DNA from: the human T2T-CHM13v2.0 reference genome, Homo sapiens
Strand: one strand, 5' to 3'
Length of the DNA: 64,000 bases
Assembly: GCF_009914755.1 (NCBI RefSeq)
Contig: NC_060940.1
Every line of letters begins with the position of its first letter. Positions within the stretch are counted from its first letter, which is position 1. Positions 1 through 12,712 of the stretch are shown here, piece after piece. The translations under genes were made by a program, and so were the position numbers. Under the pieces are notes generated by a model. That model saw nothing but the letters and a program-made list of their open reading frames with translations, ran no database searches and had not been told where the DNA came from.

Positions 1-3000
1 GTCTCTGGGGCTTTTCTTTTAAGGGGCTCCACCCTCCCCTCCAATCCCATGTAGCTCCAACCTGTTCTCAGAGTTGATTATAAAAAGTCCCTCCTCTAGG
101 AATTTATCATTGATTATATTCATCTAATCAAACCCTCCATTGGGATGGGTCTCCTCCTTCTCTGTGTATCAAACTGTCCCAATAAATCTAAGATGCAGAG
201 GATGGAGCCAGGGAGTGTCCTCCCCACGGTGGTCACTGACTTTCACATCGCCATCCTCCCTCAAAGCGACAGCGCCAGCTGCTCACCTTCCTCCTTTATT
301 AGTGTTGATTATATTCCCTAGAAGGCAGACAGCCAAGATTAATGAGAAAGGCTCCATGGCCCATGACTAGACCTCATCCCTTATACTTCCTATGCTGCAC
401 CACCACCAGGGCCGCCAGGGTCAGGACATGTTCATACAACAGGACTTAGACCTGCATCAGGTTCTGGGCTCCACAGAAGGGACACTGAGGCTCCGTGACT
501 TTTGAGCTACTCCAAGTTGCTTATCTCTTTCCTATGGTGCGTGTGCTACAAAGAGGAGTGGAGCCCCCATGTTGGATGTATCTAGCCCAAGCTGGACATT
601 TCTATCCATGAAGCTGCAGCCATCCCTGCCCATACAAGCTTCCATCTTACTTATCTATGATTGCAGCCCGAACTTACAGGTTGCTCTTTGTTAAAGAGAT
701 GTGATTTTTTGGGCTGCTTTTCATTAGAAGGGATGTTACGCTGAGTACTCTTTGCTCTATCTGCCTAGCTAGTTTCTTTCTACCTCTGCTCTCAGTGATA
801 ACTATTCTGTTTTAAGGGAGTCCTGGGGGTGGGAACAGACAAATTTGAGACCACAAAGTACCTTAGAATAAGAATTCACCCTTTAATCAGCTTTAGTGTA
901 TTGCACATCTATTATAATATCAGTTTCATGCACGACTGAATATAACAAGAAGGGAAAATGTGTATATTCGAAACATCTAGATGACAAACAGACTTTCCAC
1001 AGATTATTTGTGTGCTCCTGTTTTAGAACTTGGTCATTCCGCTGTAGATTATTTTCTTTGGAATCACCAAATGATGAGGAAGCCTCGTCTGGTAATCAGG
1101 ACACAGTGGATTACTTGCAGGGAAGGTGTTTTTGTGGAAACCCTAAAGGGGCAGGCACTGCAGCCCACAGGAAAGCCTCAGCCACGATTCTCTCTGGTGC
1201 TGCCCTGGCTGGGTAAGGCAGCCACAAAAAGCTCTGATTCCCTGTCCTGAAGGGCAACCTTGGCCAGGCAAGCCCAAGCCTCCAGGAAAAAAGGACAAAC
1301 AAGGGAGCACCCCATGTTCAGGCCTTGTTGTGAGCTGCTCCTGCAGCCTGCACAGGGGCACAACTCCTACATGCCTGGTCTGTTCTGCTCCTTTAGGAGA
1401 TGGAAGATTCTCCACCCTGTTGGCCGGGCCTAGGAAAAACTCAAGGTCTGCATGGCAGTTTCTGAGTCTCCAGGAGCCAGTTGTCTCATTGTGATGACAA
1501 TGAGAATGGCCAGAAGTACTGGGGTGGGGAAGACAAAGGGCAAGCAGAAGGCGAGCTTCCAGAAAGAGGCTTACCACAAATGCTTAAGTGCCTGGGTGGG
1601 CGCGGGATTGCTGGGTGTTGCCTGGGGGCAAGTCAATAAGCCTGGCTGGGGATCGCCAAGATAACCATCCCCTGCCAGGGGTCACCAGGGATTATCTGAA
1701 AACCTTCGGGAATGATACATGTCCCCGTTTGCTCAAAAACGGGAAGAAGCTGCAGCCTCAGCAGGTTATCCAGGCCACTGAGAGGCGCAGTAAACCCACA
1801 CCGAGTGGACTCCCACATTGGCAGTAGGCAGCTCTCCTGACCCATCCACCAGCCATCTGCCTCCATTGATGGAGCTCTTCAGGGCTGATCAGACCCCCTA
1901 TTGGCAGTGCTGATGAGATTCACTGCGACCTGGACAGATCTTTGGCTCAGATGGGCCGCTTGAGTTTCAGTGACCTGGACCATTTTTCCTGGCCTTCAGA
2001 AGGCCCCTTCCAGTGTGAGTGGGCCAGACCTGACCCTGGCTGTATCTTCCTGGGAACCCATCTCACCTGCCCTCAATCCCAGGGCTCCTGATAAGCACTT
2101 CTTACTTTCCCAGGACAAGCCTGGCTCCAACAGCATCTCTAGATGCTGTGTTTCTCTTTGTGGTGAGCAAAGAAAGAGAATGAGTTCCATTTTTTATTCT
2201 TTTCTAATTTACCTATAAGTTATTTATTATAAAAAGGCTTGGGCTGCAGTAGATCTGACCCACCCACCCAGGAGGCCTCAGTACCCTCCCAATCCATCCT
2301 GTCACTAAATATTTCCACTCCTAAAAATATAGGGGGAGGCAGGAGCAAGTGCAGTTCCTCTGGCACCAGTGCTGTGAGGATGGGGCTAGAAGGGTCATGC
2401 CCAGGAAGATTCTATAGGAATTTTATAGAAATAAACATCTCAATGTTTGTTTGGACAGATTGGCATGGAGAAATTTTGATAGGTTCTAGTACCCAGAAGT
2501 TAAGCTTCATAACAACCATGAGGTTACAGCTTTCTCTTCCTGAATTTGGCAGTGTTATTTGGTGTCCAAATTGCCACAATGTCCACACATATTTACAATA
2601 GTTTATATTATTCAATTTTGTATCACTAATTGTGCACATTGGCCAGCAGTGTTTCATACATCACGGTTGGTTTCCCACCTTGCTTGAAAATTGGAAGTGA
2701 CAGCCCTTTATGGAATGTTGTTTTTAACACACTTCCATCTAAGGCTCTGCATCCCCACAGTGCTAAGATGACAAATAGTCATCACTCTTCCATTTTGAGG
2801 GGGGCAGGGTAAGCAGATGCAATTTGAGAATACAAAGTACCTTGGAATCAGAATTCATCTGTCAATCAGTTTTAATGTGAATTTCACGTCCATTAGAATA
2901 GCCTGTTCATGCACTCTTAGGATTTCAAGGAGGGACAAATGTTACCTTTGAAAAATCGAAGTAACCAATGGACTTACCTCAGATATTTTGTTTGTTTGTT

Positions 3001-5640
3001 TCTGGCACTTGGTCATGCCATTGTAGATTGTTTCTTTTGGAATCACTGGGTGATGAGAAACTCCAGGCTGGTGAGCTGGACACTGCAGAGTCCCTGTGGG
3101 AGAAGTGTTATTACGGTGGCCCAAAGTGGAAGGCACTGCAGACCATGAGAAAGCCCCAGCCAAGATTCTGTCTGGCATGACCAGGTGCTGGGTGAGGTAG
3201 CCAAGAGCTTATTCTGGGTCTGGAATGGAGACCCCCCATCCTAGGTGCGGCTCCAGGTTCCAGGGAGCAGGCGAGGGACAGGGAGCACCTTGCACGTAGG
3301 CCTGCATTTGCCACTGGGTGCCCCACTTCTTCCTGCAGTGCTGGGTCTTGTTACATTGCTTCTGGAGGCTTCAAAGGACTTTCCTCCCTGACTCCCAGCA
3401 CCTTCGCCTGGACGCTTCAGGACCCCAGATCTGTACATTTCTCGAGTCTCTATGGCGTCAGGTGCCCTATTGTGACAAGGAGGATGACCGAAAGTAGGTG
3501 ATTAGGGCCTTTCGAAAAACAAAACAAAACAAAATGTTGTAAGAGGGAGGCCTGATGTGACTGCCTCTAGCCTGCGGCTGCTGGTGTGGCATGCAGGCAG
3601 GAGTTGTCTCTGCCAGGACGATGGGATTTGCTGTGCTGAAGATTCTCGCCATTTCCTTCCTTTCCCCATCAGGGAGCCTGGGTAATAAGCTGAAGTAGTA
3701 GTTCCCCATCTGGAACAAAGACTGCGAACCCTCGCTTGGGCTCCAGCCTGCAGGACACACGTATGAGCCATGGAGCACCCCACATACATAGGTTGTTGTG
3801 GGCTGGACCTGCAGCCTTCACTGGGTTCCTGACTTCTTCATGGAGTGCGGGGGTTTTGTTCTTCTCATACTGGAGGTGGCAGATGACTGTCCTTCTGGAC
3901 TTCCTGTATGTTTGCCTGACCCCTGTAGGACCTGTGATCAGTGGGGTTCCCAGGTCTTTATGGTATCAGGTGCCCCATTGGGATGAAAAGTAGGATGACC
4001 AAAAGTATGCCAGTGGTTGAGGAAGAAAAAAAAGAGGAGGAGTGGAGTTTCAGAGAGGAGGCTTGACAGGATCTCCTCCAGCCTGGGGCAGCTGGATTGG
4101 CGAGGCTGGGGCTGGCTGGTGCTTGGGTGAGGTGATAAACCATGATGAAGAATGCGATTATCCCCCTTTTCAGTTGGGGGTGCCTGGCCGTATCTGAAAA
4201 GCTTGGGAAAGTGTATACCTTTCAGCGCTTAAGAAAAGGAAGAAGCAGCAGCTGAAGTGGATTTTCTAGGCCTTCCAGTGGCATTGCAGAACCTGCACTG
4301 AGTGCCACATGGACCACAGCCTGGGCCTGCAGTTTTGGGCCGGGGCATCTGTGGGAGCTCAGCCGTTGCTGCCCCAACCCTTTTTGGATTCGCTTCTCCC
4401 CAGACTGTCCCAGAGTTCAGGTCTCCGGGTCTTTGGTCTGCCCAATAAATGTACAGGGGTGAAAAGACGAGGGTGTGGAGTCAGGAGCCTTGTTCCAGTG
4501 AGCGGCATAGTGAGAAGTCAAAAGAGAGGTTATGATCTGGTTGTGCTTAAAGAGGAGAGGCCAAAGCCTAGGACATTCTGCCTTTTTAGAGGACTTAACT
4601 TTCAAGCCTTATTTGGTCTCCACTGGCCTTTGCTTCTGAGGATGAACGAGTTGGGGCTCTGTTACATGGATGTCTAAAGAGATCATAACCCTCACCCTGA
4701 ATGACCAACAGACTGATAGCTCTAGCCCAGTACCTAGGTAATATGACTCCCTTTAGCTACCTGTGCCCTCCCTAAGTAAGGGAATGTGACATAGCACTGG
4801 GCCAAGCACCCAGGTAATGTGACTCTCCTGCCTGTGCCCTGCCTGCACTGGGCAATGTGACATATCACAGAGCCAAGCATCCAGGTGATGTAACTCCTTG
4901 TTTGGGACCTGTCAACAGAAGGGATTGTAATATATCTCTTGCCCGTCACCCAGGTGATGTGACTCTCTTGCCTTCTGTTCACCCACAGCTAAGATTGTGA
5001 CCTTTACTAGGCCCAGCACACAGGAATCATGATGCCTTTCAGATGTGGATCCATCTGATAGAAGATATTTTGACTCTTATAGATAGATTTAGGGCAAAGG
5101 GTAAGGTCCTGAGTCTCCTACTTGTAAAACGTTACAGGAGATTCTGACACACACACGTATATTATGAAGCCTTTGGGTGGTACAGAGAGTTTCATAATAC
5201 AAACCAGAGCACAGGTGATGTTGTGACTCTTGTAGCCACATCCTGCTGAAATTTAGAATTGTCACCCTCATGCATGAAGGGAGCCCAGTGGTGAGCTCCT
5301 GAATCTCACATGCAGATGAAGTCCACAGTTGGAATTGTGACTGCTATATGTAAATCTGGCCACAGGTGGTATGGTGACTCATTTCTGGACCCAGCTCACA
5401 GGTCCAGTAATGACTCTCATACCTGGACCCAGCCAATAAAATAGATGTTTGCTTTAGTAACTAGGCTTAGGGCAACAGGTAGTGTTCTGGGTTTCTTAAT
5501 TGTACAAAAGTCACAGAGCCCTACAACACTCAAGCATATTGCACATTGCTCTCAGGTGGTAAAGAGAGTTTCATAACAGGGTCCATAACACAAACAAAAT
5601 TGTGACTCTTGTCTGCACACTTAGCTAACAGTAAGATCAT
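1..5640. repeat. Segmental duplication copy A (paralog of 45525-52820)
   Basis: Colinear similarity: 1-483 with 45525-46003, ~1400-1800 with ~47960-48380, ~1800-5640 with ~48870-52820. Example: 'ttcaagccttatttggtctccactggcctttgcttctgag' occurs in both copies. Confidence 0.9.
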
Positions 5641-8290
5641 GGGTTTATACAAGGACAAATGCTTCAGAGTGGATTGCAAGTCTCACACGTAGTATAAAAA
5701 CCCACAGATGGTGCAAAGAATAATAAAACAAGGCCCAGTACAGTGTTGAAGGTTTGACTCTCATTGCATACACTCCTGACAGTAAAGTTTTTCACACTCC
5801 CACATGGACACAGCCCACCATTGAATTTCTGAATTTCACACCCAAAGGCAGTCCAAAGGTGGTATTATTACTCTTATATGTGGGTCCAGCCTTCAGGTGA
5901 GATGATGAGTCTCTGACTAAGATTCAGCAAATATGTTAGGCTCTAACTCTTCTAATGTGTGTTGTTTGAGGTTGAGTCTTTCATGTATGGATCCAATTTA
6001 CTGTTGATATCATGACTTGCAAACTTGGGCAAATGAGGTGTGTAAAAGTTTATGAGGTGCATACTTTTATACCTGGACCCAGAACATCTGCAGGAATGTA
6101 ACTTTTATTCCTAGACCTTCCCACATGTGTGACTGACATATACTTTTGTCCAGCCAGAAATTAACTGATTTGAATATATTGTCTCTATAAAGCCCACAGT
6201 TTGGATTGTGACATATCCTAAGCCAATAACCTCAGTAATGCAGCCCTCCTGCCTAGTCCCTTCTCACAGGTGGCTTTGTGATATTCCTTTCATCCCATTT
6301 CCAGATGATGTTATTGTACTCTCCTGCCTGGGCCCCATTCCCAAAGGGTATTGTGACATATTGATGAGCCCAGCACTCGTGTGATGTAATGCTTAGCCTG
6401 GGTTCTGCCCACAGGGGACATTGTGACACATCACTTGTCCCAGCACCATAGTGATGTGAATATCCTACCAGCACTCAACCACAGGGGGAACACTAATATA
6501 TCCCTGGCTCAGTATTCAGCTGATGAGACTCTCCTGCCTGGTTCTACTCACAGGTAAGATTGTGACATATCCCTAGGTTCAGGTCACAGGAATAATGAAG
6601 ACTCTCATATGAGGGCCCAGCCAGTAGAAGATATTTTTACTCTCATAGAACAATCAGTAAGGTTCTGCATCTCCTAATTGTATAAAGATTACAGATGTGA
6701 ACAGAACCCACTCACGAGGCCCTGGATCTCACTTACAGAAACATTTCCCAGTTGGAATTGTGACTGTCATATCTGGATCCATCCACAAATGGGATGGTGG
6801 CTCATTTCTGAACCCAGTTCACAGGCACACTGATGACTCTCATACATGGAGCCAGCAAATAAGACAGGTTTTGACTCTCATGCCTCAACTTAGGGCAACA
6901 TGTAGGATCATGGGTTTATGCCATCATGAAATCTTAGAGCAGGTTTTCATTCTCATGCAGACCATATGAAGCCATTAAGTGGCACAGAAGGTGACTAATA
7001 AAGGCCCAGCACACAGGTGACATTTTGACTCTTCCAAGCACACACGACATACAGAGAGGAATGTCATCTTCCTATAGGGACATAGACCATTGTTGAGGTT
7101 CTGAATATCATACCCAGATCAGTTGAAAGTTCACATTGTGACTCTCATACATGGATACAGTTCACAGGTAGAATGGTGACTTATATATCAAAATTCAGCA
7201 CACCTGTGAGATCGTGGCTGCTCTAATTAGACAGTGTTTGCAGGTGTGTTTGGAGCTTTCATGCATGAATTCTGTCCACCATTGAGATTGTGATTTGTGT
7301 ACTTTAACAAAATTCAAAGAAGCTGTTGTCTCTTATCCTAGGAGTCAGAAAATGTGTGGGACTGTGAATCTCATCCCTGGACTTTCCTGTAGGTGTGACT
7401 TTGAAATACAATTTTTTTCTCACCACTTGATTGACTTTACTCCCTTGCATGAGCCCTGCCAACAGTTGGGATTATTACATACAACTGACCCAAACACTGA
7501 GCTGATGTGACTGTCCTGTCTGGATCATACCCACAAGGGACATTGTAATGTGCCTGTGAGCCCATCACCTGAGTGATGATACTCTACTTTCCTGCCTGTG
7601 CCCTGCCTCCAGTAAGGTTTGTAACAGAAATCTGGGCATATCATCTAGGTGATAGGACTCTCCTCTCATGACTGGGCCCTGTTAACAAGGGGGATTGTGA
7701 CATATTGCTGGGCTCAGCACCTAGGTGATATGACTCTTTTGACAAGGTTCTGTCTACAGTGGGCATTGTGACATATCACTGAGCCTAGCACAAAGGTGAT
7801 GTGACTTTCCTGTGTGGGTCCTACCAATTGAGCAATATTGACATTTCCCTGTCCCAGCATTCAGATGATGTGGTTTTCCTCCCTGTTTCTGCTCACAGGT
7901 GGGGTGTGACGTATACCTAGGCCCAGGCCACAGTCATGATGATAGCTTTCTTACATGGACCCAGCCAGGAGGAGTAATTTTGACTTTAATAGCTAGGCTT
8001 ACGGCAACAACTAAGGTCCTTGGTCTACTAATTCTAAAATGGCCACAGAAGATTATGACACTCACATGTATTTTATAAACCCCTTGGGGTTTAGAGAGAG
8101 TTACATAACAGGGCCCAGCAAACAGTGACCTTGTGACACTCATAGACACATGTAGAAAACAATTAGGATTGTCAACCTCATACATGGGCAGAGTCCACTA
8201 ATGAGACTCTAAATCTCACACATGGATGCAGTTCAGAGTTGAAATTGTGACTGTCATATGTTGATCTGGCCTCAGGCTGGATGATGTTTA
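4715..8290. repeat. SATR1/SATR2-like ~70-bp diverged satellite array
   Basis: Recurrent 'ATTGTGACATAT...GGCCCAGCACC(C/T)AGGTGATGTGACTCTCCTGCCTG' units; the TGTGAC-type motif recurs at ~4785, 4856, 4926, 4996 (period ~70). Family name from recall. Confidence 0.8.
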
Positions 8291-8299
8291 AGCGATTCC

Positions 8300-10690
8300 T
8301 TGTGACTTTTGTCACAGCAATATAATTTTGCATTTTGGCCAAAAATAACTTTTTTTTTGAGACAAAGTCATGATTGTGGAGAAACATTGATTTAGATTTA
8401 TGAAATCTGTTTCCTTTTTAATACAGCATTGACAAATAGAGCATTATATATTTATCTTCCCTAAGTTGTTCTCTTTCAAAAAGACTAATATAATGAAAAA
8501 AATAAAATTTTCTTTGTAGTTGATTTTTATCCAAAATACATAAATATGCTTAATTTAAAACAGTTTTCAAAAACAACTGGTTTTTGGCCAAGATTCAAGA
8601 AGCCCCAGAATGTCTTATCCAAAACAATCAACTAAAGACTGTCAACTAAAAATTAAGTGATGGTACTTAAGTCTAATTTGTTCTGTTTTTCTTTTTTTTC
8701 TTCTTTTCTTTTTCTTTTTTTTTTTTTTTGAGATGAGGTCTCACTATGTTGCTTAGGCTGGAGTGCAGTAGCTAGTCACAAACACAATCATGGTGCGTTA
8801 TAGCCTGGACTCAAAGGATCCTTCTGCCTTAGCCTCCTGAGTAGCTGGGACTAACGGCACATGCCATCACATGGCTATGTTTTTAAAAACCAGCTTTACA
8901 TTCTTGCACATTTTTGGACATTGTGAAACAAATATATTTTGACTCTCAAGAAAAAAGTACTTGGTGGCACATTAAAGAATGAGTGAATGAGTTTACAAAA
9001 CACAAGAGGCAGGGTACAGTTATTCCAAAATGATAGGAAACAACATTGTGCCTTTGCTTTTGTTTGAAGAGAAATAAACTGTTTCCATTCAAGTTTTAAG
9101 TGCCAAAATAGCTAATTACTGTTAAAATATCACCACGATTAGTAACATTACTCAGAGAATCACTATTTCCAACAGAAACAATTTTAGTTATATTCTAGAA
9201 GTACTATGTTGTAACTTTCCTTTTAAGGGTCTTATATCTCCTCAGTATTATCACAAACCACCTTGTTAGATTTTAAATTAACTAATTCTAACTCAACACA
9301 AATTAAAAACTGCTCACATTCCCAAGGAAGAAATACTATTGCATATTTCACTCATATTTCAGGAACGTGTGTTTCCCCCATACTGACAATGCACCTATGA
9401 ATTACATTCCATTATCTGAATTCATAACACTCAAAGTGCTTATGCTCTTCCACTGAACAAGTACATCAATATATTTGTAGCCTCAAACTACTTCATGAAC
9501 TCTAAAGGGATTCTCTATACAGGGAGCTTCCTTCATGAAATGAATTCAGCTAGTCACCTGCATACCAATATCCCCAAGTATCTAAGCAAATTTATTTTGC
9601 TCTTTTCCAATCCAAGATCTCTTTGGATCATGTACTTGGTGAAGTGTTACATGGGTGTGAACAATAATCTCTCACTGTACAAATTCTTTCAAGACTTGTG
9701 GATAAGTAACCCAGGTATTACTTCCTACGGAATGACCACCCTCCAGCCAATATATTGTTCTTATGCTTTTAATGGAAGTATCTATGTCTTTGCGTTTCTT
9801 GGCTTCTTTCAATTCAAAAAGAAACTGATTCAAAACAACACAATCTTTATTGAATCCAGTCAAATTAAAAGATGCATCATTTAGTGATGGTGGATAAAAA
9901 CTCATAGCCAACTCATCAGGTTTTTCACAGGTCCTCTCTTTTTCTCCCTGGAAACGATTTGTAATATCAGGAAACTGGACTGCAATTACATGCGTGGAGT
10001 CCTTATTCCAACCGTTCAAATTTTTCTTTGATAAACTATTATGACTTAAAAGCATTAACTAATAATACAAAGGTGCTTAAAAGCTCCAGAGTCAGTATTG
10101 TGTTCTGGGGAACCAAACATGTTACTTTTCACAAAATCGTCATGGCAACTGAGTCTGTGCAATGCATTCGAGAGCACTTTATCACCTAAATACAGCTATT
10201 GGGGAACCGGTGGGCTAAAATGATGGCAACATTTTCTAGACTCCAATTTTCCCATTGGTAATTCTTAGGATGAGGAGTCATAATTTCATGGTAATTCTGC
10301 ACATCCCTGGGGAAAGAGAGGACGTGGTGGCTGCAGCTCCTCCTTCGCCTGCTCCCCAGGGGTGTCCGGCGACTCCAGTCACTCCCTGGCCACCGCCAGC
10401 AGGAGTAACTCGGCGCTGAGCTGCGGGTACGCTCTGGGCGTGGCGGACGCGGCAGGCTCTGCAGGCGGCGCCTTGTGGCAGAGGGAAGGCATCGCTCACC
10501 GCCGCTGCCGATGGGTTCATGGATCTGTCCTGAGAGGAGGACGAGGTGTCTCCAATGCCAAGCTTCGGCAGCAGAAGCAGCAGCCACAGCGTACACAAAA
10601 GCCCGAACTGTTGGGAGGCGGAGGGTGGAGGGATCCTGAGAGAGGGACTGCGGCCGGATGCCCAGCTGTCGGAGCCCCGGCCAGGTAGGA
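8300..10690 (-). pseudogene. C2orf69P: C2orf69 processed pseudogene (CDS relic ~10617 to 9483, plus presumed 3'UTR)
   Basis: Intronless, frameshifted match to C2orf69: LLLLLPKLGIG, HHVLSFPRDVQNYHEIMTPHPKNYQWENWSLENVAIILAHRFPNS, MSFYPPSLNDASF, YWLEGGHSVGSNTWVTYP, ending RVHEVV* (stop 9485-9483). The 3'UTR extent is uncertain. Confidence 0.93.
8690..8880 (-). mobile_element. Old Alu monomer/fragment (FLAM/AluJ-like)
   Basis: Poly-T followed by 'gagatgaggtctcactatgttgcttaggctggagtgcagt...gcctcctgagtagctgggacta'. Confidence 0.8.
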
Positions 10691-10696
10691 AAAGCA

Positions 10697-10855
10697 GCAT
10701 GGAAATTTTTCAAGACATTATAAATAGAACTACCATATATACGACCCAGCAATCTCACCACTGGGTATATATCAAAAGGAAATAAAATCAGTATGTCAAA
10801 GAGACAATTGCACTCCCATGTTTATTGAAGCAGTATTCACAATAACCAAAACCAT
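10697..10855 (+). mobile_element. Old L1 fragment (ORF2 3' region)
   Basis: 'aaatagaactaccata...gacccagcaatctcaccactgggtatatatc...cactcccatgtttattgaagcagtattcacaata' matches the L1 ORF2 end. Confidence 0.75.
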
Positions 10856-12712
10856 TATTTCTTTGATAGGATTCATGTGTTTCCAATTTCTGAAACTTAT
10901 GAGTCACTGATTTTTTGAATATTACCTTCCTGTTTATATAGTCTAGTAAAACAAATTATTTTTCATTTCTTCCCAGCTAATCTTCATATATAAATAAATA
11001 TATTTGTATTTTGTATTAATTTGCCTTCTAAAAAGTATATGACTACATTAATTGTGCTCAGCGTTTCAGTTTATTAGTCCTCTCATCAGCTCAGCCTATT
11101 TTAATGTGTAATTTGTATGCTGTACAGTAGTTTTACTACATTTTCAATAGTTTACTTTCCATTTGCCTCTTTTCCAAATATGATTTTACAATCTCGTAGT
11201 TCTTTTCCACATTATTTTTGTTTCTTTTTTTATTATATTGTCAATCATGTAAATACAAACCTCATATCTCAGTTTTATGTGCCATATAATTTATCTAACG
11301 CTTCACACTAGTAACTTATCTCCTTTTGTGTAACATAATTTATAATTTTGTTCTCACATATGGAAGACAGCACACTGGGGATGCCTGCAGTCAGTTCATC
11401 TATGTTTATTCCATTTGTCTTGTTAGAAACTGAACAACCCACATGGATTTGACATCCCCTCATGATCATCCTCATGATCATCCCCTCATGAGAAATTCCA
11501 AGTTTCTTCATTTGAAATACTGCTCTCTTCAAGAAACCACAATTGTAATAATTTGTAGAATGTATTACCATTAGAAAATTAATTATGTATTATGCACACG
11601 TTTCTGAAATACTTCACTGCAGTAAATAGTATATGGTGAGAATTATTGTTTCCTTTAACAAAAAACTAATGTGGGTAAAATTATTTACATAAATTCAGAT
11701 GTTTTGGCTTCAACTGCCATTCTACCTCATTAGCACTTCCCTAACTTCATAAAAGGTATGATTTGAAATTTTTGTTTAATTCAGAATGTATTAAAAAGAA
11801 TTTTTAAAAAATGTTATAATGTTTATATTGCAATTGAGGACATGTTCAATAAATATCTTAAACTTCAGGCCCTAGCTAAGTATTCCTTTTGTACTAGAAA
11901 TCAGATTTCTCTGGCACAACTCCACTGCCTGCAATAATATTTATAAAAATTACAAATGCCAGTGCACTATTTCAGTACTGTACTCAGTTGTTCATATCTA
12001 AATATTTCATTAGCTATGAAACAAATGAAATATAAATGCTGAATATATAGCACAAAACAACAGATTCTTTACAGAAGAAAACAGTAAAAGACTACTTTTC
12101 TATAGTATGTCACCTGTTCGTTAGTTCTTCGATAGTATTATTTAGGCTTTAAATAGTATTATTTGGACCTTTATTTATTTATTTAGCCTAAATAGTATTA
12201 TTTAGGCTTTAAATGGTATTATTTAGACCTTTATTATAAAGGTCCTTTTATCTAGGTTCTAAAGGGCATAAACAAGAATGCATATAGCCAGATTTATTTT
12301 TATAAACTTTTGATATTTCTTTTGCTGTGGGTCTTACTGTGAATATATGGAGACAAAGACAAATGTATATTTAAGTCATTAGTGGTTATATGAATTTTGC
12401 TTATATGGCTTTTTGCTTACATGGATGTCATAAATGACACGATAAAATAATGAAGTTTGACAAACTCATCTGTGCCCTGTAAACTTTAGTCCACTTACTG
12501 CATAACTTGATTCAATCACTATTTATTAGTTTAAAAAAATGGCATTGAAAAGTTGCAAACCAAACTTTATTACACATTTCTGAATCAGGAAGGGGTAAAC
12601 TGTGCCACAGACTCTTTTTGGGAGAAAAGTTCTGCAAAAAATAAAATAAAATAAATAAGAGTTTCCAAACTCTATTTTTTAAAAAACTTGAGTTTTCTTC
12701 TATGACTAACCC

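Noticed and set aside
4309-4677. ORF ending LGLCYMDV shared with 51598-51861
   Set aside because: Sharing is expected from the DNA duplication; the starts differ and no domain is recognisable.
4715-8290. Regular repeats resembling a CRISPR array
   Set aside because: Degenerate tandem satellite without unique spacers, in primate DNA with no cas genes.
10186-10761. 191-aa ORF as a new gene
   Set aside because: Chance read-through from an L1 fragment into frameshifted C2orf69 retrocopy frames.
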